Assembly: GCA_963676915.2 (NCBI GenBank)
Contig: CAXXVK010000054.1
Span: 22,452-86,451, forward strand
Direction: 5' to 3'
Source of the DNA: Myxococcota bacterium
GTDB taxonomy: Bacteria > Myxococcota_A > SURF-8 > G963663525
DNA length: 64,000 nucleotides
A program made the translations under genes and the position numbers. Below, one piece after another: positions 1 to 8,794 of this stretch (position 1 is the stretch's first letter; each line of letters opens with the position of its first letter). The notes under the pieces were generated by a model. That model was not told where the DNA came from. It searched no databases and saw only the letters and a list, made by a program, of their open reading frames with translations.

Positions 1-147
1 GAGCGGGCAGCCTTCGCAACGGTAACGATCCAGCCGCATCCACTCGGGAACTTCCGTCAGGTTTTCTTCGTAAGAGGTGTCGGATTGCTCGTCGATGGCG
101 AATTCAATGACCGTCTGAGGGTCGAATTCGAAGCGGTAATGGATCAT
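1..147 (-). CDS. 5' part of a conserved hypothetical protein (DUF6901-like), runs off the window start
   Basis: Manual translation MIHYRFEFDPQTVIEFAIDEQ...VPEWMRLDRYRCEGCPL; AAGGAG RBS upstream of the ATG at 147; the PxWxxL...CxxCPL motif resembles DUF6901. Confidence 0.6.
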   Translation of the reverse strand, partial: MIHYRFEFDPQTVIEFAIDEQSDTSYEENLTEVPEWMRLDRYRCEGCPL

Positions 148-193
148 CTTTCGCTCCTTGAATGAACATAGGCCGAAAAATTACGAAAATGCA

Positions 194-907
194 TTATTTT
201 TTCTTTTTGGCGGCTCTACGGGTTAGCAGCAGCAGCCAATCATGGACGGGTTTCATTTTTTCGTATCGTCGGAAACAATAATCGACGAAACCTTTCTGCG
301 TGAAAATACGGGGGATTTTCTCTTCGGTTCCCACATGCAAACCATTATGTTTCAACCAACAAGCCATGGGATGGGAGGTGTCGATTCCCCTCGGAACGCG
401 TTTGTAGTGGCGTCCACCGATCTCGTAGCCTTTCTCGGGAAGCGATTCGATGGCCGAAAGCAGGCTTGTGGCGTACCGTTTTTGCACGATATTCCTGCGG
501 TATTCGGCCAATTGTTCCTTGGAAAAGCAATATAGCCCTACACCGAGCTTGATGTTGGTTGCGTCCAACTGAAAATAGTACCCGGAGCACTCCAACTTCT
601 TGCCGGAACCTTCCCAGAACCACAATCCCATGTGGGTTTTGTAAGGGCTTTTGTCTTTACTGAAGCGAATGTCCCGATTGATACGGAACATCGACTGGTT
701 GATACGAGGGTCGGCGACGACCTTGGGGGAAAGCTCTCGAAGTTTTTCTCCCATAGCCACAACGAAGTCTTTGGCCGGTTCCAATACGTATTCGTCGTAT
801 TGAGCGCGGTTTTTGGAAAACCATTCTTTATTGTTGTTTTTTTTCAACTCTTCAAAAAATGAGGACGTTTCTTTGGAAAAGCCCGAAAAACCGGCGGCTT
901 TTGCCAT
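194..907 (-). CDS. DUF2461 / TIGR02453 family protein
   Basis: F-x-GF...FFEELKKNNNKEWF and FRINRDIRFSKDKSPYKT motifs; AAGGAG RBS. Confidence 0.9.
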   Translation of the reverse strand: MAKAAGFSGFSKETSSFFEELKKNNNKEWFSKNRAQYDEYVLEPAKDFVVAMGEKLRELSPKVVADPRINQSMFRINRDIRFSKDKSPYKTHMGLWFWEGSGKKLECSGYYFQLDATNIKLGVGLYCFSKEQLAEYRRNIVQKRYATSLLSAIESLPEKGYEIGGRHYKRVPRGIDTSHPMACWLKHNGLHVGTEEKIPRIFTQKGFVDYCFRRYEKMKPVHDWLLLLTRRAAKKKK

Positions 908-1155
908 TATTTACTCCTTTTCGAAAAACGAATCGCCTGACCCGTACAAATTAGCGGTAGTATGAAACGCAAATCTTGACCCTTGCAACGTCTATATGCT
1001 AGGAAGTGAGTTTAAGTTTATCGGATTGTTGCCGGTAGGACAATAGCGATTTCCCTTCGAATCACAAAAAGACAACGGATATGGGTGAATTTTTTGCATC
1101 ACATGGACCGAAAAGCCGTTTCGGCCCGCCCAATATCCGGCACGTTGAGAAAGTG

Positions 1156-1737
1156 ATGATCATGGCTGAATCTTCTCGTTGCTCCCGGAAAATTTTTGGC
1201 GCGTTTCTGGCGTTTTTCGCTTTGACACTTGCCATGCTGGCGGGCTGTTCTTCTTCCAACGCGGATTGCTACGACTTCTGCCAGGCCATCAACCGTTCCA
1301 ACTCGTACGGGTATTGCCTTGTCGAGTATTGGTATGCGGAAGCCGAATGGAAAAACGACACCTGTTGGGCCGAACAGAAGCCGGAAAACTGGCCGAATAT
1401 CGGCAGTTGCGTCAGTGCCAATTCCGCCAAACTGCTGGATCTCGATCCGGGATTTGTCGATTCGGACGCGCTTTATTCCGTAGAAGTGCCGGAAGATGGG
1501 CTATTCTGGCAGAACTTATCGATATCTCCGAAAGTTTTGGCTGATGACGTTTGTCAATCCTATTTTATTTATAATCCTCTCACCCTTCAGGAATGCGATC
1601 GAGTTTGCGACGTGATGACCAACGGACAAGCCATGCCGAAAGATTTCAAGACCTGCTTGTCTACGGTCAACAACAAGAGTGAAATGCTTCAGTGTCAGGC
1701 ACGTTTGCAACGTTCGTTGGAATTGCAGGAACAATAA
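1156..1737 (+). CDS. Cys-rich hypothetical lipoprotein
   Basis: Hydrophobic stretch followed by lipobox LAGC; 10 further Cys; start uncertain (1081, 1156 or 1162). Confidence 0.7.
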   Translation: MIMAESSRCSRKIFGAFLAFFALTLAMLAGCSSSNADCYDFCQAINRSNSYGYCLVEYWYAEAEWKNDTCWAEQKPENWPNIGSCVSANSAKLLDLDPGFVDSDALYSVEVPEDGLFWQNLSISPKVLADDVCQSYFIYNPLTLQECDRVCDVMTNGQAMPKDFKTCLSTVNNKSEMLQCQARLQRSLELQEQ

Positions 1738-1751
1738 GGCGGAGAGAATCG

Positions 1752-2444
1752 TTGGCTTCATCGAACGAACAACCGAAACGTCTGCAGCGCATCGAGCAGC
1801 AGGGAGAACCGGTCACACAATCGGGTAAAGTGACTCGTATACGGACGTTCAGCCTCGCCAATCGCTATGAAAGCGGGGAATGTTCCCGAAACTACACCTT
1901 GGATGTCGTTTCCCACTGTGGTACGGACGCCGTCGGTGTTTTGCCATACTGGAAAGAAAACGGCGTCTGGCGCGTGATGATGCTGAAAAGTTTCCGTCCC
2001 GCTTTGACCTTCCGCGACCGTTCCCCCGAGGAACGCCCCTTTATTTACGAAATCATTGCCGGGGTGCTGGAAGAGGGTGAGAACTCCGCCGATGGGATTT
2101 TGCATCGGGCGCGAGAGGAATTGCTCGAAGAAGCCGGACTGCGAGTCGAAGAGTCATCCATCGAACCATTGGGAGTGGCGTTTTACGTATCTCCTGGAAT
2201 TTATACCGAAAAAATCCATCTGGCCTGTGTTGAACTGGATTCGCCTCGTTGCGAAACTCCGACACGCGATGGCTCCGTGATGGAGGAATTGTTGGAATCC
2301 GTATCTTTCGATCTCGAAGAAGCTTTGCAGCTTTGTGCCACCGGAGAGATACGGGAAGCGAAAACCGAACTGGCATTGCGCAGACTCAAGGAACGCCTGG
2401 AGTCAAGCAATCGCCTTCATACGAACCGCAAGGGGGCCGCGTGA
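1752..2444 (+). CDS. NUDIX hydrolase (ADP-ribose pyrophosphatase-like)
   Basis: Nudix box AGVLEEGE...AREELLEEAGL and downstream YVSPG; TTG start at 1752 after GGAGAG. Confidence 0.85.
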   Translation: MASSNEQPKRLQRIEQQGEPVTQSGKVTRIRTFSLANRYESGECSRNYTLDVVSHCGTDAVGVLPYWKENGVWRVMMLKSFRPALTFRDRSPEERPFIYEIIAGVLEEGENSADGILHRAREELLEEAGLRVEESSIEPLGVAFYVSPGIYTEKIHLACVELDSPRCETPTRDGSVMEELLESVSFDLEEALQLCATGEIREAKTELALRRLKERLESSNRLHTNRKGAA

Positions 2445-3799
2445 AATCGAATTTCCCCGCCAAACTCGTCCGTATTCCGCTGTTGGTCGGAATTTTGGCC
2501 TGCCTGTTTGTTTTGCCCGCCGAAAGCGCCGAATTTACCGAGGTTCTCGACGCTTCGGATGGTCCAGACGATCCGGTGGATATCCGCATCAGTATCGGTT
2601 ATCGCCAGGAAATGCAGTGGGCAACCATCGCTCGTGAACGTAATACGGTGGGAACGAGCGTCCGGGATATGATCGATCAGGACGAATTCGATGTGCATTA
2701 CATCAAACACATCATGGACATCACCGGGCGCGTAGGTCTGTACAAAGACCTCGAACTACATTTTACCTTACCAGTTCATCTTTCCGAGACGCATACTGGC
2801 GAGATGTCGATGCACTGGCGCGACAAGTGGTGGGCTGGAGAATACGATCCCTACAATCTCCATCAAAAAGGCCGACCTTCTCTGCAAACCGACAAAGTGT
2901 TGCGCTACTCTGCATGGGATGTGACCCATAGTGGTTTTGGAGACATGACCTTCGGTTTCACCTATGGAGTATTTGACGAAGGTCGTGACCCGACCCGGCC
3001 CGATGTCAATTTTACCTTGGATTTCCAGTTGCCAACCGGGACGGAGCAAAAGCCTACCATCGGCCGCGACTTGAGCAATCCAGAGAAGGGGACTGCCAGT
3101 GGAATCGGAGTGGGATCACAAGTTTTCGAGTTGATCTTCAAAACCGCTGCGGCGAAAAGCTTTGGAATCTGGGAACCTTATGCGGAACTCAATCTTCACA
3201 TTCCCGTTCCCGCCGGTCCTCTTATGAGCGACCCACAATGGCAGGGTGGTGGATTGTTCGGAATGGAATTCGTTGCCTTCGAGCACAAAGAGAAACGGGC
3301 CAACGAGCCGAAATGGCGGGTGGCTTTCGATTGGCGCTTGGGGATTCAGATGTTCGGTCCCGGCCAATGCTTCAATGAACTCACCGATGCTCTGGCATAT
3401 CGAAAGGATTTGGACAACCAGACAGGCCAGACCTGGTGGCCTGAAGATACTCGAACCGGAGATGGACGGCCGTTTTTCGAATATCCCAATGCGGGAAATG
3501 GCGTGGATAGCATTACAGCACCGAATTTCCATCTTTCCAAGTCGAGCAGCTACGCCCGGATTCGTTCTCGTTTCGGTCTGAACGGAATTTTGGGTCATTA
3601 TTTTACATTCAGCGTTTGGGGCTCGGCAGCCTATCGCACCGAGCATTTCCTGTCTACGCCTGGAGCGATCGATCCTGATACCTTACGTCCTGTAAATACA
3701 GGCGACTACTATGCGCAGATCAACGAGGTCGGAACGCGGGTGAAGTTGACGGATGCCTTGCAAGTGTCGTGGATGGTGCAGATCGGTTTCCAATATTGA
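2441..3799 (+). CDS. Exported, probable outer-membrane beta-barrel protein of unknown function
   Basis: GTG start overlaps the NUDIX stop (GTGA); signal peptide ending AESA; amphipathic beta strands; C-terminal beta-signal VQIGFQY. Confidence 0.7.
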   Translation: MKSNFPAKLVRIPLLVGILACLFVLPAESAEFTEVLDASDGPDDPVDIRISIGYRQEMQWATIARERNTVGTSVRDMIDQDEFDVHYIKHIMDITGRVGLYKDLELHFTLPVHLSETHTGEMSMHWRDKWWAGEYDPYNLHQKGRPSLQTDKVLRYSAWDVTHSGFGDMTFGFTYGVFDEGRDPTRPDVNFTLDFQLPTGTEQKPTIGRDLSNPEKGTASGIGVGSQVFELIFKTAAAKSFGIWEPYAELNLHIPVPAGPLMSDPQWQGGGLFGMEFVAFEHKEKRANEPKWRVAFDWRLGIQMFGPGQCFNELTDALAYRKDLDNQTGQTWWPEDTRTGDGRPFFEYPNAGNGVDSITAPNFHLSKSSSYARIRSRFGLNGILGHYFTFSVWGSAAYRTEHFLSTPGAIDPDTLRPVNTGDYYAQINEVGTRVKLTDALQVSWMVQIGFQY

Positions 3800-3898
3800 G
3801 TTTTGCGAAAACCCGTTTTCGATGGTATGATTACCAGAGCAGCGTATGAAACGGAACAATAATGGGGATTTCGCTCAACCTCGCATGAGTTGGTGATC

Positions 3899-4294
3899 AT
3901 GGAAAAATGGAAATCGTTCTATCTTAATAGGGTTTACCCCCGCTTCAAAGTGCAAGCCACGGTGGACTTGCAAGGGGAGAACCTGCTTTTGTTCCATAAA
4001 ATCGAGAATATTTCGCTCGGTGGGCTGTCCATTTTCTCCCCTGAACCCGAACCGGTCGGTTCTATCGTCGAAGTTGTGATCAATTTTCCCGAAGATGACA
4101 CCGAGATCATGGTGCAGGGCGAAGTCGTCTGGCTGAGCGAAGATCCCTGTTGTCTGATCGGCATTCGTTTCCTCAATCTTACCGGCTGGAACCGTGAACG
4201 CCTCAACCGTTTCATTTTCGAATCGGTACGAATTCCCAGCCAGCATGTGGAAATCGATGGACTCGAAGACGACGACATCAACCCTTCCCGCTGA
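3899..4294 (+). CDS. PilZ domain protein (c-di-GMP receptor)
   Basis: RVYPR (RxxxR) and NISLGG (D/NxSxxG) motifs; GEVVW...IGIRF. Confidence 0.85.
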   Translation: MEKWKSFYLNRVYPRFKVQATVDLQGENLLLFHKIENISLGGLSIFSPEPEPVGSIVEVVINFPEDDTEIMVQGEVVWLSEDPCCLIGIRFLNLTGWNRERLNRFIFESVRIPSQHVEIDGLEDDDINPSR

Positions 4295-4682
4295 CGTTTC
4301 GTCACTGCTCGACGACGCCCGCGAACTTCTTTCCAAAGCCTATGCTCCGTATTCCCATTTTTTTGTCGCTGCCGTACTGGTAGGGAAGAGTGGAACTCGC
4401 TACCATGGATGCAACGTGGAGTGTGCCAGCTACGGCGGGACGATTTGTGCCGAGCGAAACGCGCTATGTTCTGCCGTTGCACAGGGAGAACGGGAGTTTT
4501 CGCATCTTTTGGTGTATACCGCGGCAGAAGAACCAACCCCACCGTGTGGTCTGTGTCGCCAGATGCTGTATGAATTCGCCCCCGATTTGAAGGTGTTTGC
4601 CGTTACGGCAAACAATGCCTGGAAATCCTGGATTTTACGGGATTTACTACCCGAGGCGTTCGGTCCCGACCAGCTTTCTTGA
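4257..4682 (+). CDS. cdd: Cytidine deaminase (homotetrameric type)
   Basis: AYAPYSHF, GCNVE, ICAERNA and PPCGLCRQ zinc motifs. Confidence 0.95.
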   Translation: MDSKTTTSTLPADVSSLLDDARELLSKAYAPYSHFFVAAVLVGKSGTRYHGCNVECASYGGTICAERNALCSAVAQGEREFSHLLVYTAAEEPTPPCGLCRQMLYEFAPDLKVFAVTANNAWKSWILRDLLPEAFGPDQLS

Positions 4683-4825
4683 TCTCCATCTGTCAATAAA
4701 ATCAATTACGTCGATATACAAAAACGACGATTGCTCTCCATTTTATCAAAATTTTTTCTTGAAAAGCATAGAAATCTTCCCTATACTTTCGTCTCATACA
4801 GTTTCTAAACAAAGGGGAGGGGGAA

Positions 4826-4862
4826 TTTTTCGAAGGCCGCTCGAAGGCGGCTTTCGAAAAAA
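4826..4862. terminator. Bidirectional intrinsic terminator
   Basis: TTTTTCGAAGGCCGC-tcgaag-GCGGCTTTCGAAAAAA hairpin between convergent genes. Confidence 0.7.
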
Positions 4863-4878
4863 GGCGTTTGTGCGTGAT

Positions 4879-6552
4879 TTACTCCCCCCACTTCGAAGGA
4901 TCGGCTACGATGTCGCAGTCGATGAACCGCATACGATCCGCTCCGTTAAGCGGTGAATAGCAATACTCGAAAATATAGGGCATTTCCACGAGCCTGACGT
5001 ACGAAATAGGCTTCTGACCGCCTTCTCCATCCTCAACGTATTCCACTCTAGGCGCTTTGTAATCACGAAGTTCTTCGCCATCTTCCAGGCTTTCCCAAGG
5101 ATCCCAGTGTTCCCAGGTGCGATACCAGTCCGAGGATTTTCCGTACCAATCCATAATATGATGGGCTTCTTCGGCAGTTAACGGATAGCCGTGCGTGGCC
5201 GAGGCCAGCAGGACTCCAGCCAGATCGGAGGGGAATTCTTTGTCATCGGTGCTTGGCATTTCAGGGTTGTGCATGATTTCCTCGAAGCGGAAGACCATGT
5301 CTTCGGAAATTTTGCGGGTCAGGTCGTTGCATCCCCACAACTGGGCGTTCGCCATAGCTGCCAGGTTGAAATAATTGTAGATATTGTAGTTGAAATAGTT
5401 GGTTCCTACGGCCAACAGCTCGAAATCCCAGCCGGTATGGTTGCCGGGGCAATGACCTTTGTCTGCCGGGTAGCCATAGCCGCTTAGCGCAGCACCGAGT
5501 TGCGCGTTGCATTCGGCATCTGGCCCGAAGACCGCTTCCCAATGCATGTAGCTGCCGAGATCGGCGGGAGGATGGTCTTTCTTGGTGGCGTCGTAGGCGA
5601 TAACGGCTTCTCCGTCTTCGTATTTCGTCAGGATATACCAGTCGTTGTCCACGATGCTTTGAGAATGACCACGCATGTATTCGATGAACAGCGCTGCCGC
5701 CTCACGTAAGGATTCGTTGTCGGTTTCGTAATACGCTCGTGTCGCGATAGGAAGAGCCAAATACATGTATGGTACGTCATCCTTGGAACGCATGTTGGAA
5801 ACCCAGATGTTGCCGTAGGTGGGATTGTCGGGAATTTCGAAGACATGGACGTTCCATTTGAACGACGGAGTATACATCGGTTCGTAATCGATGGCGACTT
5901 TTCGACCATCCACGGTGTATTCGTGATTGTGGTTGAACACCGCACGTGCCTGCAAATATTTTACGAGCGGATCTTCTTTTTCGAATTCCAATCCCAGTGA
6001 AAGGGCGACCAAGCCACGCATGAGTTGTTCGGCGACCTCGCCCATTCGTTCGTCTCCGGTAAGGAGATAGCCAGCCAGAGCGTTTTCGAGGACTTTAATC
6101 GTCCGCTTGCAAATGTTCTCCGCACGGCTGTGGTGAAAAAACGTGATGGTGTCGCCGTCCCGGCGCATTCCGACATCCTGCCACCACAATTTATAGGGCA
6201 TCATATCGGGATCGTAGTTGACGTCCAGGCCATGGCTTGTACGCCATACCCAGTCGAAGTATTCGGTATCTTTGAAAAATGCCGTCACTTTTTTCGTAAA
6301 TGCTGTGATTTCCTCTTCGGTTGGAGCTGTGCCGGCCGCTTCACGTTCCACCGGGTCGTATCCTAGAACATCCGACGGACGGGGAGGAGGTGCGATGCTA
6401 TCGTTTAATACACAGGTTGGTGTTGCCTCATCGATTTCGGAGGAAGCGTCGGTATCGCCATCTGGCGAGACATTGCTATCGTCATCGTTTCCACAAGCTA
6501 TAAACAGGAAAAAAGTTAAAAGAAACAATATGTTTCGTATAATCAGGTGCAT
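4879..6552 (-). CDS. Large hypothetical lipoprotein
   Basis: Signal peptide with lipobox FIAC followed by acidic linker GNDDDSNVSPDGDTD; long uninterrupted ORF; family not recognised. Confidence 0.75.
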   Translation of the reverse strand: MHLIIRNILFLLTFFLFIACGNDDDSNVSPDGDTDASSEIDEATPTCVLNDSIAPPPRPSDVLGYDPVEREAAGTAPTEEEITAFTKKVTAFFKDTEYFDWVWRTSHGLDVNYDPDMMPYKLWWQDVGMRRDGDTITFFHHSRAENICKRTIKVLENALAGYLLTGDERMGEVAEQLMRGLVALSLGLEFEKEDPLVKYLQARAVFNHNHEYTVDGRKVAIDYEPMYTPSFKWNVHVFEIPDNPTYGNIWVSNMRSKDDVPYMYLALPIATRAYYETDNESLREAAALFIEYMRGHSQSIVDNDWYILTKYEDGEAVIAYDATKKDHPPADLGSYMHWEAVFGPDAECNAQLGAALSGYGYPADKGHCPGNHTGWDFELLAVGTNYFNYNIYNYFNLAAMANAQLWGCNDLTRKISEDMVFRFEEIMHNPEMPSTDDKEFPSDLAGVLLASATHGYPLTAEEAHHIMDWYGKSSDWYRTWEHWDPWESLEDGEELRDYKAPRVEYVEDGEGGQKPISYVRLVEMPYIFEYCYSPLNGADRMRFIDCDIVADPSKWGE

Positions 6553-6873
6553 GATTTCTCTCTTTTTCAGCATTGAGATCAGGGAAAATTTTGGTATAAA
6601 CTTCTCAGGGACGAATTGTATAATGAAAACAGTCAATCAGGCAATAAACGCGACAAGCTGTTGTTATTCAGGATAATTCCATGAGCAATTCGCTATGATC
6701 TGAAAGTTCTTGTTTTTTTGAGTCATTTCACGGATTTTTCATGCCTTGTTGGGTCTTGTCTTAATAGGCGATTCAGTATAAAAGGTGGACAGGTGGGGAG
6801 GATTGCAGTAGGCTACCAGTACTTAAACGGTGAATATTTGATTTTGAAAATCTTGTAGACGAGGGGAATCATA

Positions 6874-7617
6874 ATGAAGCTTGCATTTCCAGGTCCGGTA
6901 CTGATTACCGGTGCCAACGGTGGCTTGGGGGCCGAACTGACGGAATTGTTTTTGGAGAAGGGATTCAGCAATATCGCTTGCCAATATCGTTCCTCCAAGG
7001 ATCACATCGTTTCGGTGCTCGAACGCCACGATCTCGACCCGGAGCGTCACTGTTTGTTCGCCGACCTCGCCGACGAGGAAAACGTTGCCCAAATGCGTGC
7101 GAATTTCGAAGAGCGTTTTGGTCCCATTTGGGGGTTGATCAACCTTGCGGGTGGCTCTACCAACGGTCTGAGTTGGAAACTGAGCAAAGCCGATTTTCTC
7201 AAGGCGATTGAGGATAATTTGCTCAGCGCTTTTCTCTGCGCTAAAGAATTTATTCCTACCATGCGTAAAAATGGTGGCGGTCGGATCATCAACACCTCGA
7301 GTGTTGTAGGCTTTACCGGCGTTGCGGGAGCATCGCATTACAGTGCAGCCAAAGCCGGAATCGCCGGGTTGACGAAGTCGCTGTCGTTGGAGTTGGCCAA
7401 GAAAAATATCACGGTCAATGCCATCGCGCTTGGCTATTTCAACACGGGATTGATCAATATCCTGACGCCGGAATTGCAACAACATTATAAAGATTTAATT
7501 CCGTTGCATCGATTTGGAACCCCGGCTGAAATTTTCGGATTGCTGAATTATTTGCTAGGACCGGAGGGTGGATATCTTAATGGACAGACGTTGCATTTGA
7601 ACGGAGGACTTTACTGA
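6874..7617 (+). CDS. SDR family oxidoreductase (FabG-like 3-oxoacyl-ACP reductase)
   Basis: TGANGGLG, INLAG, YSAAKAG and VNAIALG motifs. Confidence 0.9.
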   Translation: MKLAFPGPVLITGANGGLGAELTELFLEKGFSNIACQYRSSKDHIVSVLERHDLDPERHCLFADLADEENVAQMRANFEERFGPIWGLINLAGGSTNGLSWKLSKADFLKAIEDNLLSAFLCAKEFIPTMRKNGGGRIINTSSVVGFTGVAGASHYSAAKAGIAGLTKSLSLELAKKNITVNAIALGYFNTGLINILTPELQQHYKDLIPLHRFGTPAEIFGLLNYLLGPEGGYLNGQTLHLNGGLY

Positions 7618-8696
7618 TGCCTCTCAGCTTCGGACCATTCGATTATCGAAGCTCGTTCGCCGAGCGCCGAGAACTGTTTATCGACGCTTTCCCAGAGCAT
7701 ACCGACGACAGCGTTTCCAGCGAAGAGCATTACATGTGGAAATTCCACAGCTTTCCGGCGGAAACGGCTTCGTATGAATATGGCTGCTGGGATGAGTCGG
7801 GACGACTGGTTGGGTACTATGCAGCCGTGCCGTATCCGTACGTAATCAATGGCGAGACGATGACCTGTGGCATGGTTTGCGACGTAATGACCCATTCTTC
7901 GATGCGTGGCAGAGGGGTGTTTACCAAACTGGGACGTTATGCTACGTCGGCGATGGCCGAAGAGGGGCTTCATTTCACGTCAGGCTATCCCATTCGTCCG
8001 GAAGTGATTCCAGGTCATCTCAAGGTGGGGTGGCAAATCGCTTTTCCGTTCAAGCTTTGGGTGCGTCCCTTGCGGAGTAACTCTGTGTTGTCGAAAAAGC
8101 GGTTGGGGATGCTGGCACCGTTCGTCAATCCCTGGTTGGGCATCTACAATCGTGCACTTTCCTTCAGTTTGAGCAAAACCGAGATCGAATGCGAAACGTT
8201 CGAACCATCACAACTGGATGAGCTTTCGGGGTACGAAGAGTTCATCAGCCAGTGGAGTGCGGGACGCTCCCATGTACTCGTTAAAAGCGTTCCGTTTCTG
8301 AAGTGGCGGCTTTCCGCACCGACCCGACGGTATAAGCTTGTCGTCGCAAGAGAGAACGATCGTATTATCGCCTGGGCGACGACAGCCCTTACCGACGTTC
8401 GAGGCGTTCCCGCATTGGGAGTGCTGGATTTGATGACCTTGCCGGGGCGTTCCGATGCTTTACGTGTCATGCAAAAGGAGCTTGGTACGTTAGCTCGGCA
8501 GGAAGGTGCGGAGATCATTCTCGGTATGTTCTCCGATATTTCCGCTAGCGAGCTTGGTCTTTGGCGTGCGGGTTATCTGCGCACACCGGTGACGTTTAAA
8601 CTGATTACGAAAAAGTTGGCAGATGTCATCGAGGAAGACGTTTTCAATCGACCTGAGAACTGGCGCTTGACCTGGCTTGATTCCGATAACCTGTAA
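7617..8696 (+). CDS. GNAT family N-acetyltransferase
   Basis: DVMTHSSMRGRGVF acetyl-CoA binding motif; TGATG coupling to the SDR gene. Confidence 0.8.
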   Translation: MPLSFGPFDYRSSFAERRELFIDAFPEHTDDSVSSEEHYMWKFHSFPAETASYEYGCWDESGRLVGYYAAVPYPYVINGETMTCGMVCDVMTHSSMRGRGVFTKLGRYATSAMAEEGLHFTSGYPIRPEVIPGHLKVGWQIAFPFKLWVRPLRSNSVLSKKRLGMLAPFVNPWLGIYNRALSFSLSKTEIECETFEPSQLDELSGYEEFISQWSAGRSHVLVKSVPFLKWRLSAPTRRYKLVVARENDRIIAWATTALTDVRGVPALGVLDLMTLPGRSDALRVMQKELGTLARQEGAEIILGMFSDISASELGLWRAGYLRTPVTFKLITKKLADVIEEDVFNRPENWRLTWLDSDNL

Positions 8697-8737
8697 AGTA
8701 CATAAAGTTTTTCCGAAGAACTTCTGTTTGCCAAACG

Positions 8738-8779
8738 AAAACAGCCTGTCAGGTGATCAACCCGACAGGCTGTTTTTTT
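8738..8779. terminator. Bidirectional intrinsic terminator
   Basis: AAAACAGCCTGTC...GACAGGCTGTTTTTT perfect 13-bp stem between convergent genes. Confidence 0.85.
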
Positions 8780-8794
8780 ACGAATTTTAGTAAA

